Shown piece after piece: positions 1-11,702 of a stretch of 64,000 nt of DNA. Source of the DNA: Chrysomallon squamiferum (Eukaryota; Animalia; Mollusca); assembly GCA_012295275.1 (NCBI GenBank), contig CM022672.1:28582001-28646000 (forward strand), in the 5' to 3' direction. Within the stretch, counting starts at the first letter, position 1. Each line of letters begins with the position of its first letter. A model generated the notes under the pieces. The model did no database searches, had not been told where the DNA came from, and saw only the letters and a program-made list of their open reading frames with translations. The position numbers were made by a program, and so were the translations under genes.

Positions 1-109
1 TATTTATGATTGTTTTATACACTGATTAGAAGGCTGTTACTAAGATACAGTAAAAAAAAATTCAGTATACAAGAGATGCACTTTATGATAATTAATGTTT
101 AGTACTCAC

Positions 110-3100
110 TTAACAATACCGTCAACATCCAGACTAGAAATATACTGGCCTGACATACTGAATTTACAATAAGATATGGCAGAATGATGTTCTCCATATT
201 CTTCCTGTTAACCAAAAAAAATATATAATAAAATTAAAAATTAAAAAATTAAAAATAATAATAAATGCTAATAAAGTGAAAGATATGTAAAATATATACA
301 ACAGTGTATTATAATAATTCACTCAACTCTGACACTAGTTCATTGTAGATTCTAATTAAAAACATTTCTGATAGATCATGCTAATTTGCACTAACATCTG
401 AAGCAGAATAAAAATGACCATTATTACAAACTAGAAAAATGGCTACCCAAGTTAATCATTTTCAATTTGTTTACAGATAACATCACTAATGTTGTTCCTG
501 GGAGATCTGTGAACAAAAAAGATATCAATCATGGAAAAAACTGATTATTCATTATCTCTTGCTCCACTGATCAATAACTGCTATGTGTGTAATTGTAAAA
601 TATATGTTTCTGTACCCCCTACTTGAAACCACTCTAGCAAATTGGTGAAACCACAATTTGAGAGTACTACCATCTGAATATTCTTGGCTTCTTTTGATAA
701 TCAGCTCCATACATTTTCATATTTATCTGATCAGTGATTATTCCTTGGCTACTAGTAATTCATACTTTGGAATTTAAAAACTAATAAATGCATGGATTTA
801 GACATCGTAAATTTGTCTTTATTTAAACATTTTAAAATAAGAAGGCAAAATTAAATCTGTTTCATCTTTGTATCAATTATTATTTTTATTTTTTAATTAA
901 ACTCACTTGACTAAGAAGCAGAAATGGACAGTTTCCATCTGTAAAAAAAAGAAAAGAAAAGAAAAAAATGTAATGTTTTGACTGAGTAATCCATAGATAT
1001 TTACCAACTTTGTAAACAACACTCACAATTTCCTGCAAGAAAATTGCTGTTTGTATATAGGAGTAAATGCATGTATTTGATGTGAGAATTTCCTCAATAT
1101 TATTTCTAACCAGAATACAGGTTACTCTCAAGTCAAAGGCATTGATTTTATGTTTTACTAACCTGGAATATTGTTCACCCTTGCAACAAATGGTGTTGAT
1201 GATAATTCTGCAGCTTCTGTTTTTACTTTGTGAGATTCAAACATGGTCATCTTTGTAGGACTAGAGTTATCAAATTTTTGTTTATCAGATGTTGTTGTTG
1301 AGGTAACGGAATGAACAACAGGTGTTGGTTTCAACAGTAGTTGACAATTTATAGATGTATCTTTCACTGAAAGTTCACATTCCTGGCGACCAGTCTAAAT
1401 GAAAATAATCACAAAACGTGTAATTTCTTCAAAATGCTCAGATATTTTCAGTTCTATTTTTCAATTTAATAATCACAAATAAAGAAAGATCAATTTTCAT
1501 TACTACTGAAATTTAATCAGGTTAAAATTAACAAAACAGAAACCTTACTTTATCTGAAAAACGTTTTGCATCACCAAGCAACTCTCTCCTTTGTTTTTCA
1601 ATCTCCACTGCAGTCAGCCGCTGTTTCTGACCAGACTTTGTGTCCTCACTTGACACAGGGATGGATGATGCAGATTTTGAAGCTGGTACTGGCCCTTGTT
1701 TAGTTTTTTGAGTCTGAGACTTAGAAATTGCTGGTGCTTGATAAACTGTCTGTGCTACCTTATGTTTAGTAATTTTCTGTTCTGGTTTGTTGGGTTTCTT
1801 CTTGCTGGTTAGTGGGGATGATAAACTGAGAGGAAATCTTCTCGACTTTGGCTGTTTGTCCAACACAGTGTTTTCTCTACAGCAGCATGATTATACAGAG
1901 TAAAAAAAAAAGGGTCTATTTAATAAAACTGACACATTCAATTCATTCATAAAAATAATTAATTTAATGTGTTTAACTGAAACCAAAAAATGTTGAGTTT
2001 CATATAAAGAAAGTTTGATTATAAAACTGTGTCAAAATACTATTATAATCAGTGGACTATGGTACAAAATTAAACTATAAATCCTAATAATAAAATCAAA
2101 ATCAAAACAGTTGCAATTATCAACAATGGTAATGATAAATTAGACCTACTCTGACAATCCAGAGAAGTCATAGACCAGTTCTGATGGCTGGTTGTGAGCA
2201 ATTTCACGGTCTTTTGCTTCTTTCTGGATAATCTGATCCACATTTTGCTGTTGTGTAATTACCATAATCTAAAAAAACATAAATTTATTACGAAGAAAGC
2301 ATTACAACTGCCTATTAAACATCTGTTGCAGTACATGAGTAAAAAAAATACAGTATCAATGGTTATGAACAGATCTGTATAGTGGTGTACTTTTTTCAAC
2401 TTGCTGATTTAACACTGGAATTATAAATAACAAATTTCAAAACACTTCTAATTAGATTTACAGGAAAATTTCTTCACTGCATTAGGAACCTTTCACATAT
2501 ATATTAAAAAAAAGCTAGAAATACAATTATGGTTTTATATATATCCTAAACGCCTTTTAGGTTTCTAGAAATAAAATTACACCAACTGTTCCAATTTAAT
2601 TTTATCTGTACCTGTTTCTTTAAAGATTCATTTTCTTCCTGTAAAAGTTTCATTCTTCTATAATCATGTTCAAAGTTAAGTAGTGTTGGCACTGGTGAAA
2701 TGTGTTAAGAAATATATCAAGACATCACATGGCAAAATAATAAGTTATTTGTTATAACATCAACCTCAGGTTATGTTTAATTGTTATAAAAATTTAACCT
2801 TTACTACAACTGTCATACAAAAGTACAAATACTTTTGATTGAAGTAACATTTTGTAACAGGATTTACATGTTAGTAAATAATTTTTTAATAACATCAGTG
2901 TTCTGTTTTAATGTTAAACCAATATGATTTTTCAGTGACATTCTGCATTAAACCTCTGGAAACACTGACTTTAACATTATGTAAGATATTTTGTTTTATC
3001 AAAAGATATTTTTTAAATGGCATGTTTAAGTTTAACTCTATTTTTAATTTCATAAAGGCTGCTGACCATTATAAACAGGCAACTGTTTGACCAATTTTGA

Positions 3101-6100
3101 TTTGTGGGTGTTGTTAAGAATGAACATAATTATAATACCACACTGTAAAACTCTCTAAAACTTAAAAATAAAAAGCATTATTCTGGCATATAGTGTTAAT
3201 GGAATTTTACTATGACTTCTCTAATTCTGAAATGTTAAAATTTGTATTTTTATAAACTGAAAACTTTTAAAATAAAAATTTAAAAAATGAACTGAATTCT
3301 AAATGAAGTGAACTATGAAGAAAATACTACATCACTTTGTAATGAGAAAGTGATAGGTTGAAACTTTTTATCAGATATTTCAGAAAGGAAATATTTCTGC
3401 TCCTACTCTGTGTTATTTTAAAAATTCTGTAACCTTACAAATGTTAAAGCTAATGTGTTTCAGCCACAGTGTTATAATTGCCTACAAATACATGAATATG
3501 TGTGTGTGTGTGTGTGTTTGATGTCTGTATTGAGCATAATATTTGACTAATTTGCTGTACTAAATATTGCAGATTTTTTACTGAGTTTTAACCAAGGATA
3601 TGCATTGCTTGCAGGATGACACTAAGGAAATTGTGAAGAGAAAGAACCAGAGTGTCCTGCCACTGTTTGCTGAAGTACATTGCAAAAATGCTGTTCTCCT
3701 GTGGGTTTGCAATGAATGGAAAAGCTAAGAGTAAAAAAAAGTGTATCTGTTACAAAATTAAAAATAAGAATTATCAAAGAAAATAATTGTGATACATCTA
3801 TTATTTTTGTTTTTCACTGTCCAAAAATGAAATCATTTTAATAACTATCATTAATTGAAGAATTAAAAAAGAAGAACAAATTTAAATCCCTAATGAACAA
3901 TAAAAATCTGTCCACAAACACACACAGACACAGTCATTCCTTACTGAAAGACCTACCTATGTAACTTTCACTTAAAACCAGCTCTCTGATCATTATACAC
4001 GAATTATGTTCATGGAAACAGCATCCAACCTCTCATTTCATATTATCTATTCTCAGACTCATTCCCTACACTCATTTACTACACTAGCACTTGCAATCTT
4101 CAACACTACATTTAATGTATATATTTGCACTTTATTGTTCATCCTATAGGACAAGATGTTATAATTTGCTCATTGTATTTTTATGTTCTATAATAATTAA
4201 TATGTAAGAAACAAAGTTATCAAGTTGGATTTCCATTAGACCTTTCATTGATCAGAATAAATAAAAACAATTACCTGTATTAGCAGTAATCAAATTTAAA
4301 TTATTTATATTAGAGCTGATCACCTCTATTCATTTATTACAGTATACTATAAACTGCTCTATAAACATTTAAAAATATTACCAAAATGTTATAAATGATG
4401 CCAAGGTGACATTTAAACAATATTTAATGATAGATGAGACAAACCCAATACCACTGTGATTGATATATCAGTAAGGCTTCCCACTTATCAACGAATTTGC
4501 TTTGCAACCTATTTGCTAGAACAGAATTCAGAATTCAATGCCTGTAAACACCCATCAATCAAACTGAAAATGTAATTAAATTTTATCTTACTAAACCATT
4601 CTCTAAATTCTGGTTGGTTGTAAAGCTCTGGTGTCATCTTCTCAAAGAACTCCATGACTTTGTCAGGATGATTTGTATGCTGAGCGTTAACAACAAACAT
4701 CTTCAGCAGACTGACCTCCAGTTTTCTCACACTCACCATACATCGCTGCTCAAGTCGTGAAAACAATCGATGGTTCAGATACATCCAATATTCCCGAAGA
4801 TTTGACAAGTCATAATTTGTCACATAACTAATCAGCTGTTCAACAATTTTGTCAACCTGAATTGTAATGGAAACGAAATATTTAGACATTGAATAATCAC
4901 AATCTATTTATTAATTTTTACCACAGTTTTCAGCATCTTACTTTTAAATATGTTTTTCATCTTCAAGCTATAATCAGTTACTGAACATCTGAAGGTAGAA
5001 TTAGCATCAATAATTGTAAAATTATCATGACAGCAGGAAAAAATATGTATCAGAAAACAGAAGAAGAAAAAATAATAAATGACAGAAAAAGTGTTTGAAA
5101 AACATTTGGATATTTTATTTTCAAAATTATGAATTTTGTTGATGCTTAAGCCCCTTAGCCAAAAATACTCTTTCTTGTTCAGTGTTGGCAATGGGTTTCA
5201 AGAATGTGCTAAGATATTTGTTAAATGAATATTAATTTGCATTATAATTAAATTTAATTATGTCAAAGCTCTTCACCAATTTATGAACATATATTTGACA
5301 TGTATACAGGCAATGTTTAGAATGTAAATAATTAAGTAAAATAAAATTAGTGGTTGACTGTGACACAGGTTAACTTCCAAGAGGCTCTTCCGGTATTTGC
5401 CCACAGGACAGTTGCTAACCAGACATTTCCCCACTGTGTTCAGTTTGCTTTTGTTAAATGTGTAAATAAAATGTATTATTTGATATAATTTCCTTTTATC
5501 TTATTTGACTTTAAGCCACTTTTCATAATATTTCAAAGAATAGCCTGAAAGAAATAATAAAAAAAAAATAATAATATTAATATCATTTGCAATGGGTAAG
5601 TTTGTGACAAAAGTCATTTCTGTGACATATTTGCTTTCCTTGAAGGGAGATCCCTCATACATAATTTAAAAAACAACAAATATCATGATGTTAGAATAAA
5701 CAAAATCAGCTTCAACTTCATATTTGTTTTTTGACATGTGATCTTTGATAAACAACAGAGAATCAACAAAAAAGTTTATCATTTCAAAATGATCACCATG
5801 TGTCTAAGCTAATTTATTTGGGACTTTAAATGATACACAAGTTATAAATTATGCATTTCTCATATATTCTGCCAAATTTCATATAAATATTTGGGCGAGC
5901 AGGTACTTAATATCTGAAATCAAAATGTTGGGTGCTCTCAGCAAATAGGGATTGCTATTGCTACTGCTACCTATGTATGCAAAGTTTGATTTTTATTTTG
6001 CTTGCTTTAGTAATTTAGTTGTATACTATTCCAGTTTTAGATAATATTTTCTTTCTGATAATGATTTGATTATGAAGACAGTTTTTAGCAAGTTAGATTT

Positions 6101-6886
6101 TTATGAATTAAGACTAACACATTTCATTAATTAACTGATGAAAAAAAAAAATTAATGTTGCAAAATGCTTGAAAAAGCAAAGGCCTCTACAATTCACCAA
6201 TCCTTAAAAATGATCTTTTTGTATTCTGGTTCAATTTGTTTGGAGTTTTTTTTTTGTACATCAATATGTTATGTTTGAGCTAATTAGTGAAATTAATTAA
6301 TTAATTAAAATTAATGAATGATAGCAATATCCTTATAAATACTGTAATGCTCTAGAACATATCTAAAGCTTCATTATCATACCGGTATACTGGGTTGAAT
6401 CTCTGTGAGATATTCAGTGTTATGTTGCCAAATGATGGAAATGGATCGCCGTTTCTCCACAGAGTCTGAATGAAAATTACCAGCAAATTTTATTCAGATA
6501 AAAATATGTAACTTCTTTCATATAAATGCTAGCAAGGATATCTTCGTGTCATTATAATTTGGGATTTAAAAAAAAAAAATAATAATAATATGATGATATA
6601 TGTTATATTTTTGAAAATTTTGTTACATTCCTACAGTGGGCAATTGTCTATTTGTTTTATTGTTGTCGTTTTGGGGTGAGCAAATGTCTTGTCACTGTTA
6701 AAGCTGCCTGCACTTAATTATATTACTATTACAGTATTAGTAAACAAAAACATTAAGTCTTACCCGTAAACCTTTCTCTTTATCGTTTTTAAGCTCAGTT
6801 TCAAATGTTCTTAGACTATTTGTTAATCCTCGGAATAAAAGATAATCTTTTACTAGTTCATCTACTCTCCCCGTCGCACTTGCCAT
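110..6886 (-). CDS. WDR91: WD repeat-containing protein 91, 5' portion. Coding exons: 6886-6764, 4856-4592, 3724-3602, 2694-2612, 2268-2150, 1876-1549, 1394-1163, 938-907, 204-110. Gene continues beyond the left edge.
   Basis: Exons join in frame at splice sites. Translation: [41 protein letters not shown]|VDKIVEQL...[17 protein letters not shown]...[49 protein letters not shown]..; the first WD repeat [32 protein letters not shown] matches WDR91 as I recall it. Confidence 0.93.
2695..3601 (-). other. U12-type (minor spliceosome) AT-AC intron in WDR91
   Basis: Minus-strand 5' end ATATCCTTGG (3601-3592), branch site TTCTTAAC (2711-2704) about 9 nt before a terminal AC (2696-2695). Splicing restores ...[10 protein letters not shown] in frame. 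Confidence 0.92.
5385..6695. repeat. Possible decayed non-autonomous DNA element in WDR91 intron 1
   Basis: Left cluster of GACA(T/G)TT(G/C)C..AC motifs (tttgcccac, gacagttgctaac, gacatttccccac, about 5395-5433). Inverted versions on the right (gtgggcaattgtc, gtgagcaaatgtc, about 6637-6689). No coding remnant seen. Confidence 0.35.
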
Positions 6887-8135
6887 AGCTATAGGGAAGA
6901 CAGTGGTTTCTAGTAGAGTTATCTTTTCTTCCTATTTAATAATTTTGGGGATGTTCATAAACCTCCGACATTCTTCTTAATAGATGCTGACTAAATATAA
7001 TGATTTATCAAAATAACAAGGTATCGATTATTTTTATACTACTTATAGCTACATCGTTTATTTATTTATTTATTTATTTTTTATATTTTTTTTGGGGGGG
7101 GCGTTGTTTGTGTGTGTGTGAGTGTGTGTGGTTAGTTTGTTTCTTTGAATTTATTTTTAATTGTTCTTTTTTAATAGAGAAATAAATACTTTATTCCATA
7201 GTTTTAAAATATGAATCGAGGCTGAATTAAAAAATGTATATTTTTCTCTTAAGATTATCAAACATAATGATAATAATGATACAAGAGAAAAAAAAACCCG
7301 CATGATTTAAGTTAAGTTAAAGGTTAATGATTATAAAAGATGTTTTTATTCTTAGCTATGATTATAATTATCTAACATTATCTTTTAAAACTTTTTAAAA
7401 TCAACTTAATAAACCATATACCAGTTACAGAAAATAAATTAACTTCCTACATTATTTTTTCTTAATATTATTTCCACTCATTCAAATGAAAAGCTAAGAA
7501 AGTGCACTCATTAAAAAGAAGTTTTATTATGAATATAACTTTGCAAGTCAGTTTAAAGATTTATAAATTTTCTTTTTATCTTTTCATTTCAAAAATGTTA
7601 GTTATTTATTTATAATTTTAACTGTTTCTGTCAGCTTAGAGCCAATTGCTAAAATATTATTTTATTTTATTGTACCTACATTGATATATTGTTTATTAGT
7701 ATTATTATCATTATTATTGTTGTTGTTGTTGTTGATTTTGGAATATGCATTTGTGTTCTGCAAAATGGTGGAAACTGCATTTGTTGTCTGTGGATTTGTG
7801 GGATCTACATTTTCCTGTCACTGGAAAATATGTGGTAACATGTTGATAAAATGGTGAAGTCTTGATGGAGCAACATGTTCCACAAATAAACTTGACCAAA
7901 CCATCAAATCAGCAAAACTTTGAATCAGTTTCAGTGACACTCAGACAGTTTGATGCTTTAGACCAGTTTTTGAATCCAATAAGACTCCTTGAACAAACGA
8001 GGTGTCTTTTTTAATGATTCCTTTGTAGTAATGAGAGGGTCCAAATATGATGTGGACTCAATACAACATGTTTGATACCTACACAATCTTCTTTTCTCCA
8101 TTCTTTTCTCAGAGTGACAAAGATATATACATATA

Positions 8136-8162
8136 GTGTGTGTGTGTGTGTGTGTGTCTGTC

Positions 8163-8229
<67 letters not shown>
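8136..8229. repeat. (GT)n microsatellite with a GTCT interruption
   Basis: Directly visible dinucleotide run of about 90 bp. Confidence 0.95.
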
Positions 8230-8232
<3 letters not shown>

Positions 8233-8375
8233 TGTTACAAATACAATGTGAATCACATAATCAGGAAGGCAGGAACTTAGATGGTGGTGGCATGTCTAAT
8301 GGGACATTTTCAGGACTGGCAGTGACAACAGTTATGGACTTCATCTGACTACTATAAAAAGATGCAAAAGGCTTA

Positions 8376-10560
8376 GGGTTATTCCGTGTCCATGAAAATA
8401 ACATCTTTTCTGCCATTAACATCTGATTAACTAAATAAAACCTGAATGATCACCATCTCTTTTGATCACCGAGTGTGACACTGTAGGCTTACATGTATGA
8501 TCATATGATATCAAACTACTTACCTCATTGCCTTCTCACCAGTTCAGCAGTCACAGAATCATTCAGTAACCCACTTCCCCCGAATCTTGCAATTCTAGCA
8601 TCATCCTTTTTACTCAGAGAGTACATCCGTCAAGAAGATGCAATAGCAGGTGTATCAATGACACAGAATATGTCCCTTTCACTAATCCAATAAGTGTCTT
8701 CTTTGTTTGGCCAGTGAAATAACTTAGAAGGTCTGTGAGTGTGCTTGAAACGAAAGAAGAAATCCTCATAATCCTGGACAGATACTAGATCTGGTGGGTC
8801 ACTCTGCAGGCTCAGCTCGTAGGCATGCATCTTTGATTTAGATAAACTGCTGTGTTCCCTTGACCGTTTTGGCCACTTGAAACCTCCCTTGTAGTTCCAA
8901 CTCATGCTTTGCTATGAGGTCTGGTGTGATGTTGAAGAAGTGAATGCCTGCAATATTCTTGATGCAGAAATATGTGATAGCCTCACTGGTCAGGATTGGG
9001 TCTGTGTAGGGACACTGCAAACTGGCCATTATCAGCAACCTCTTTACCGTCCCCTCAATTCCATCACAGGCACTTTTGCCATGGCTTGTTGAAAAAAGTT
9101 CCATTCACTTCCAACCAAAAGTCCTCTTCATGATGGCACAGGTTAACAAAATTGTTCTTATTTTTATATGTTCCAGGACAGCCATCAGTGAAATAATTAA
9201 TCTTTTTCACATGAGGAAACTCAGTCTGAAGGTTTGGAATAATAACACTTGAAAAAGCATACACAGTTACAGATGTGTGCCCCCTAATGTCACTCAATAC
9301 ACAAATGTTATGGTGTTTGAGGGTTCCATCAGCCAATCTGCAGTATGCCATGAAAGGCTGTAAGGTAGCCTGTTTATTTTCCCAGTGGAAACTCTGAATC
9401 TCATCCTGAACAACGTACGAGAAATTTTCTGCAAAATCACCTTGCAGGATTACATCGTCCAGAGGTCTCATGGTGGTCTTCAGCTCCTTGATGTACAAAC
9501 TTTAGGCTTTGGCAGTGAGACTATGACGAGTAAGCTTGACAACTTGACCTGAAAAGTTGTCAATAAAGTCAGCCATTGACTCGTTATAGTGACTAACTTA
9601 GTTCTGTCAGTACTGAGCCACTGAAGGTAACTAACTTTCTTGAGTTCGGAAAGCTCATCACAGTTACTCATACTCTGTACAAATACATTATGCAGTACAT
9701 CACTTGATGAAGTCTGATTTCAGACTGGGTTGTACTGTAGTTGACTGAAACCTTGTTCAAAACCATTGGCAAGGTCATGTGACATGATAAAATGACTTAA
9801 TAGGTTTTATGAAGAAAACAATGCTTACATATCAACATCTGACATTGTGCCAACTTGAAAGCTTCAGATTGTCAAAGAATTGCAGATAAAGAAAATTCTT
9901 TGTCTTAAACTTCTAATTGCCATGTGCTCAATGGGGATTTCACCAGGGGATTTCAAGGAGTTCCTGACATGATTGTTAACCCTTTGAGCCTGATCGTGTA
10001 GAACATGTCGTGCCATTTGGCATCTTTTCATATCCTTCAGGCATTACCTCAGACATGGGTGGGTTTTAACTCCAAAGAAGAGTTTTTGGTCTCAGAAAAT
10101 GTACATTGTATCAATCTTCCATGCAGGTATGCATTTTTAAAATCTATATTATGGCTAAACAAAAAACATTACACCCAGGAAACTTTTATATGTTTTAGTT
10201 AACATGTGCGAGATTAAATTTCAATAAAGGTCATCTCAAGGCCACATGATCCACAAGTTCAATTTCAGGGTCCTACCAAAGGTCAAAAGATCAGTGTACC
10301 ACAAAATTTTCCAAACTCAACAAGTTTGTGAAGATTGGCCCAATAGTTCCTGAGATATGAGGGTTCAAAGGTTGGTAGTCACATCCATTTTTGTCAAAAA
10401 TCTCAAAATTCGGGGGGCCACATCTCCCACACCACTGGTCCGATTGGCCTAAAATTTCAGATTTAGTGCTGTGGGATCTCAGTCAACAAGTATACCAAGT
10501 TTCATAAAAATCTATGACGGTCGAGTTTAACCCATTGGGTGATTTAACATAGAATGACCC
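8376..10560 (-). mobile_element. Decayed DDD/E DNA transposon, Sola2-like
   Basis: Inverted termini GGGTTATTCCGTGTC... and ...ACATAGAATGACCC, flanked by ctta/ctca (imperfect 4-bp TSD). It encloses a frameshifted transposase. GRG termini, 4-bp TSD and long TIRs fit Sola2 as I recall it; the superfamily call is not database-verified. Confidence 0.7.
8520..9671 (-). pseudogene. Frameshifted transposase C-terminal/catalytic region
   Basis: Overlapping ORFs 9480-9671, 9064-9498, 8838-9104 and 8630-8905 give YLQWLSTDRTKL, GDFAENFSYVVQDEIQSFHW, YFTDGCPGTYKNKNNF, FSTSHGKSACDGIEGTVKR and FHWPNKED. Three acidic catalytic motifs are present, broken by at least three frameshifts and a stop. Confidence 0.85.
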
Positions 10561-11702
10561 CTCACAATTATTCAAAATAACCTGTAACAGAATCTTTAGT
10601 ATTTTATAGTTTTCCAGAAAACTGAAATATGTGTGAAACATCTGTGATAAACATTCTTTTTGACATAGTTAAATTTCATCTCTCTATATTTTATTGCAGG
10701 GTTATTCAAGGGTTCAAGATGTCATTATTTTTCTACACATTGTCATTTTCACTTTATGTGTAATTTAGAACATGCTCATTTTCATTCATATCTGGTTAAT
10801 GTATTGTGTGTAAATAGCTTTGTAAATAATTTCTATATAAACATTATTTATCAATTAACTGATAAACATTATTAATCTTTATATATGTAAATAATAAATT
10901 CCATGACTGATTGAACTGTAGCTTAGTGGATGGAACATAGCAATATCACAGGCTTGCAAATAAATTTAGCCCTTATTTTCCCCCATTCCAATCTATGACT
11001 CATTTCTTAGTCCTGGTATGTTCAGGATTTCAGAAAATGATTGCTTCATTGATGAGCTCTGAATCACATACAAGTATCACTAAAATGAATATGTACACAT
11101 ACTCTCACACACACAAACACATGAACAAGAGAGAGATAAACTAGCAGTGTTAACAGCAAAAGTACTGATATTGAGATAATCAGGCAGATATCTAGATTTA
11201 AATGAACAAAAATAATAAGAAACTTCATATTTTTTATTCAAATTAATATTTATAAAGCAGAAAATATGTACTGGTTGTAAGATGCAATTATATATGGTTA
11301 ATTTGAGAACAATTAATTTTAAAATAGAAAACAATCTTAAAATACAGAGATTTCATTCTAATATGGTACATAATATATAATTTATAAATCATTTTATTAA
11401 TTCTAATCATAATTTATACATAATTATATTTGAATACAAATAAGGATATTTTTTCTTCTTTTTTTTTTATGGTTGAGAGAGCAAGATTGTGTTGTTAAGA
11501 ATAGAGGGGTTTTATTATTTTAATATATTTTTTTATACTAATCAACACTGATTTATAGAATTTTTCTATACTTATGCCAGTCTAGCTTATGAACAACACA
11601 GCTACATATAAATTATTTTTAATTAGAATGGACATAACAGCTAAAAGAAGATACATAAAAGTTAAATGTTCAGCCAGAAACATGTAAACTACAGTTAAAA
11701 TA

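Noticed and set aside
7714-8110. Short ORFs upstream of WDR91
   Set aside because: No splice-consistent model or recognisable homology; the poly-Q comes from a (TTG)n run.
8011-8348. ORFs rich in TH or CV repeats
   Set aside because: They are translations of the (GT)n microsatellite.
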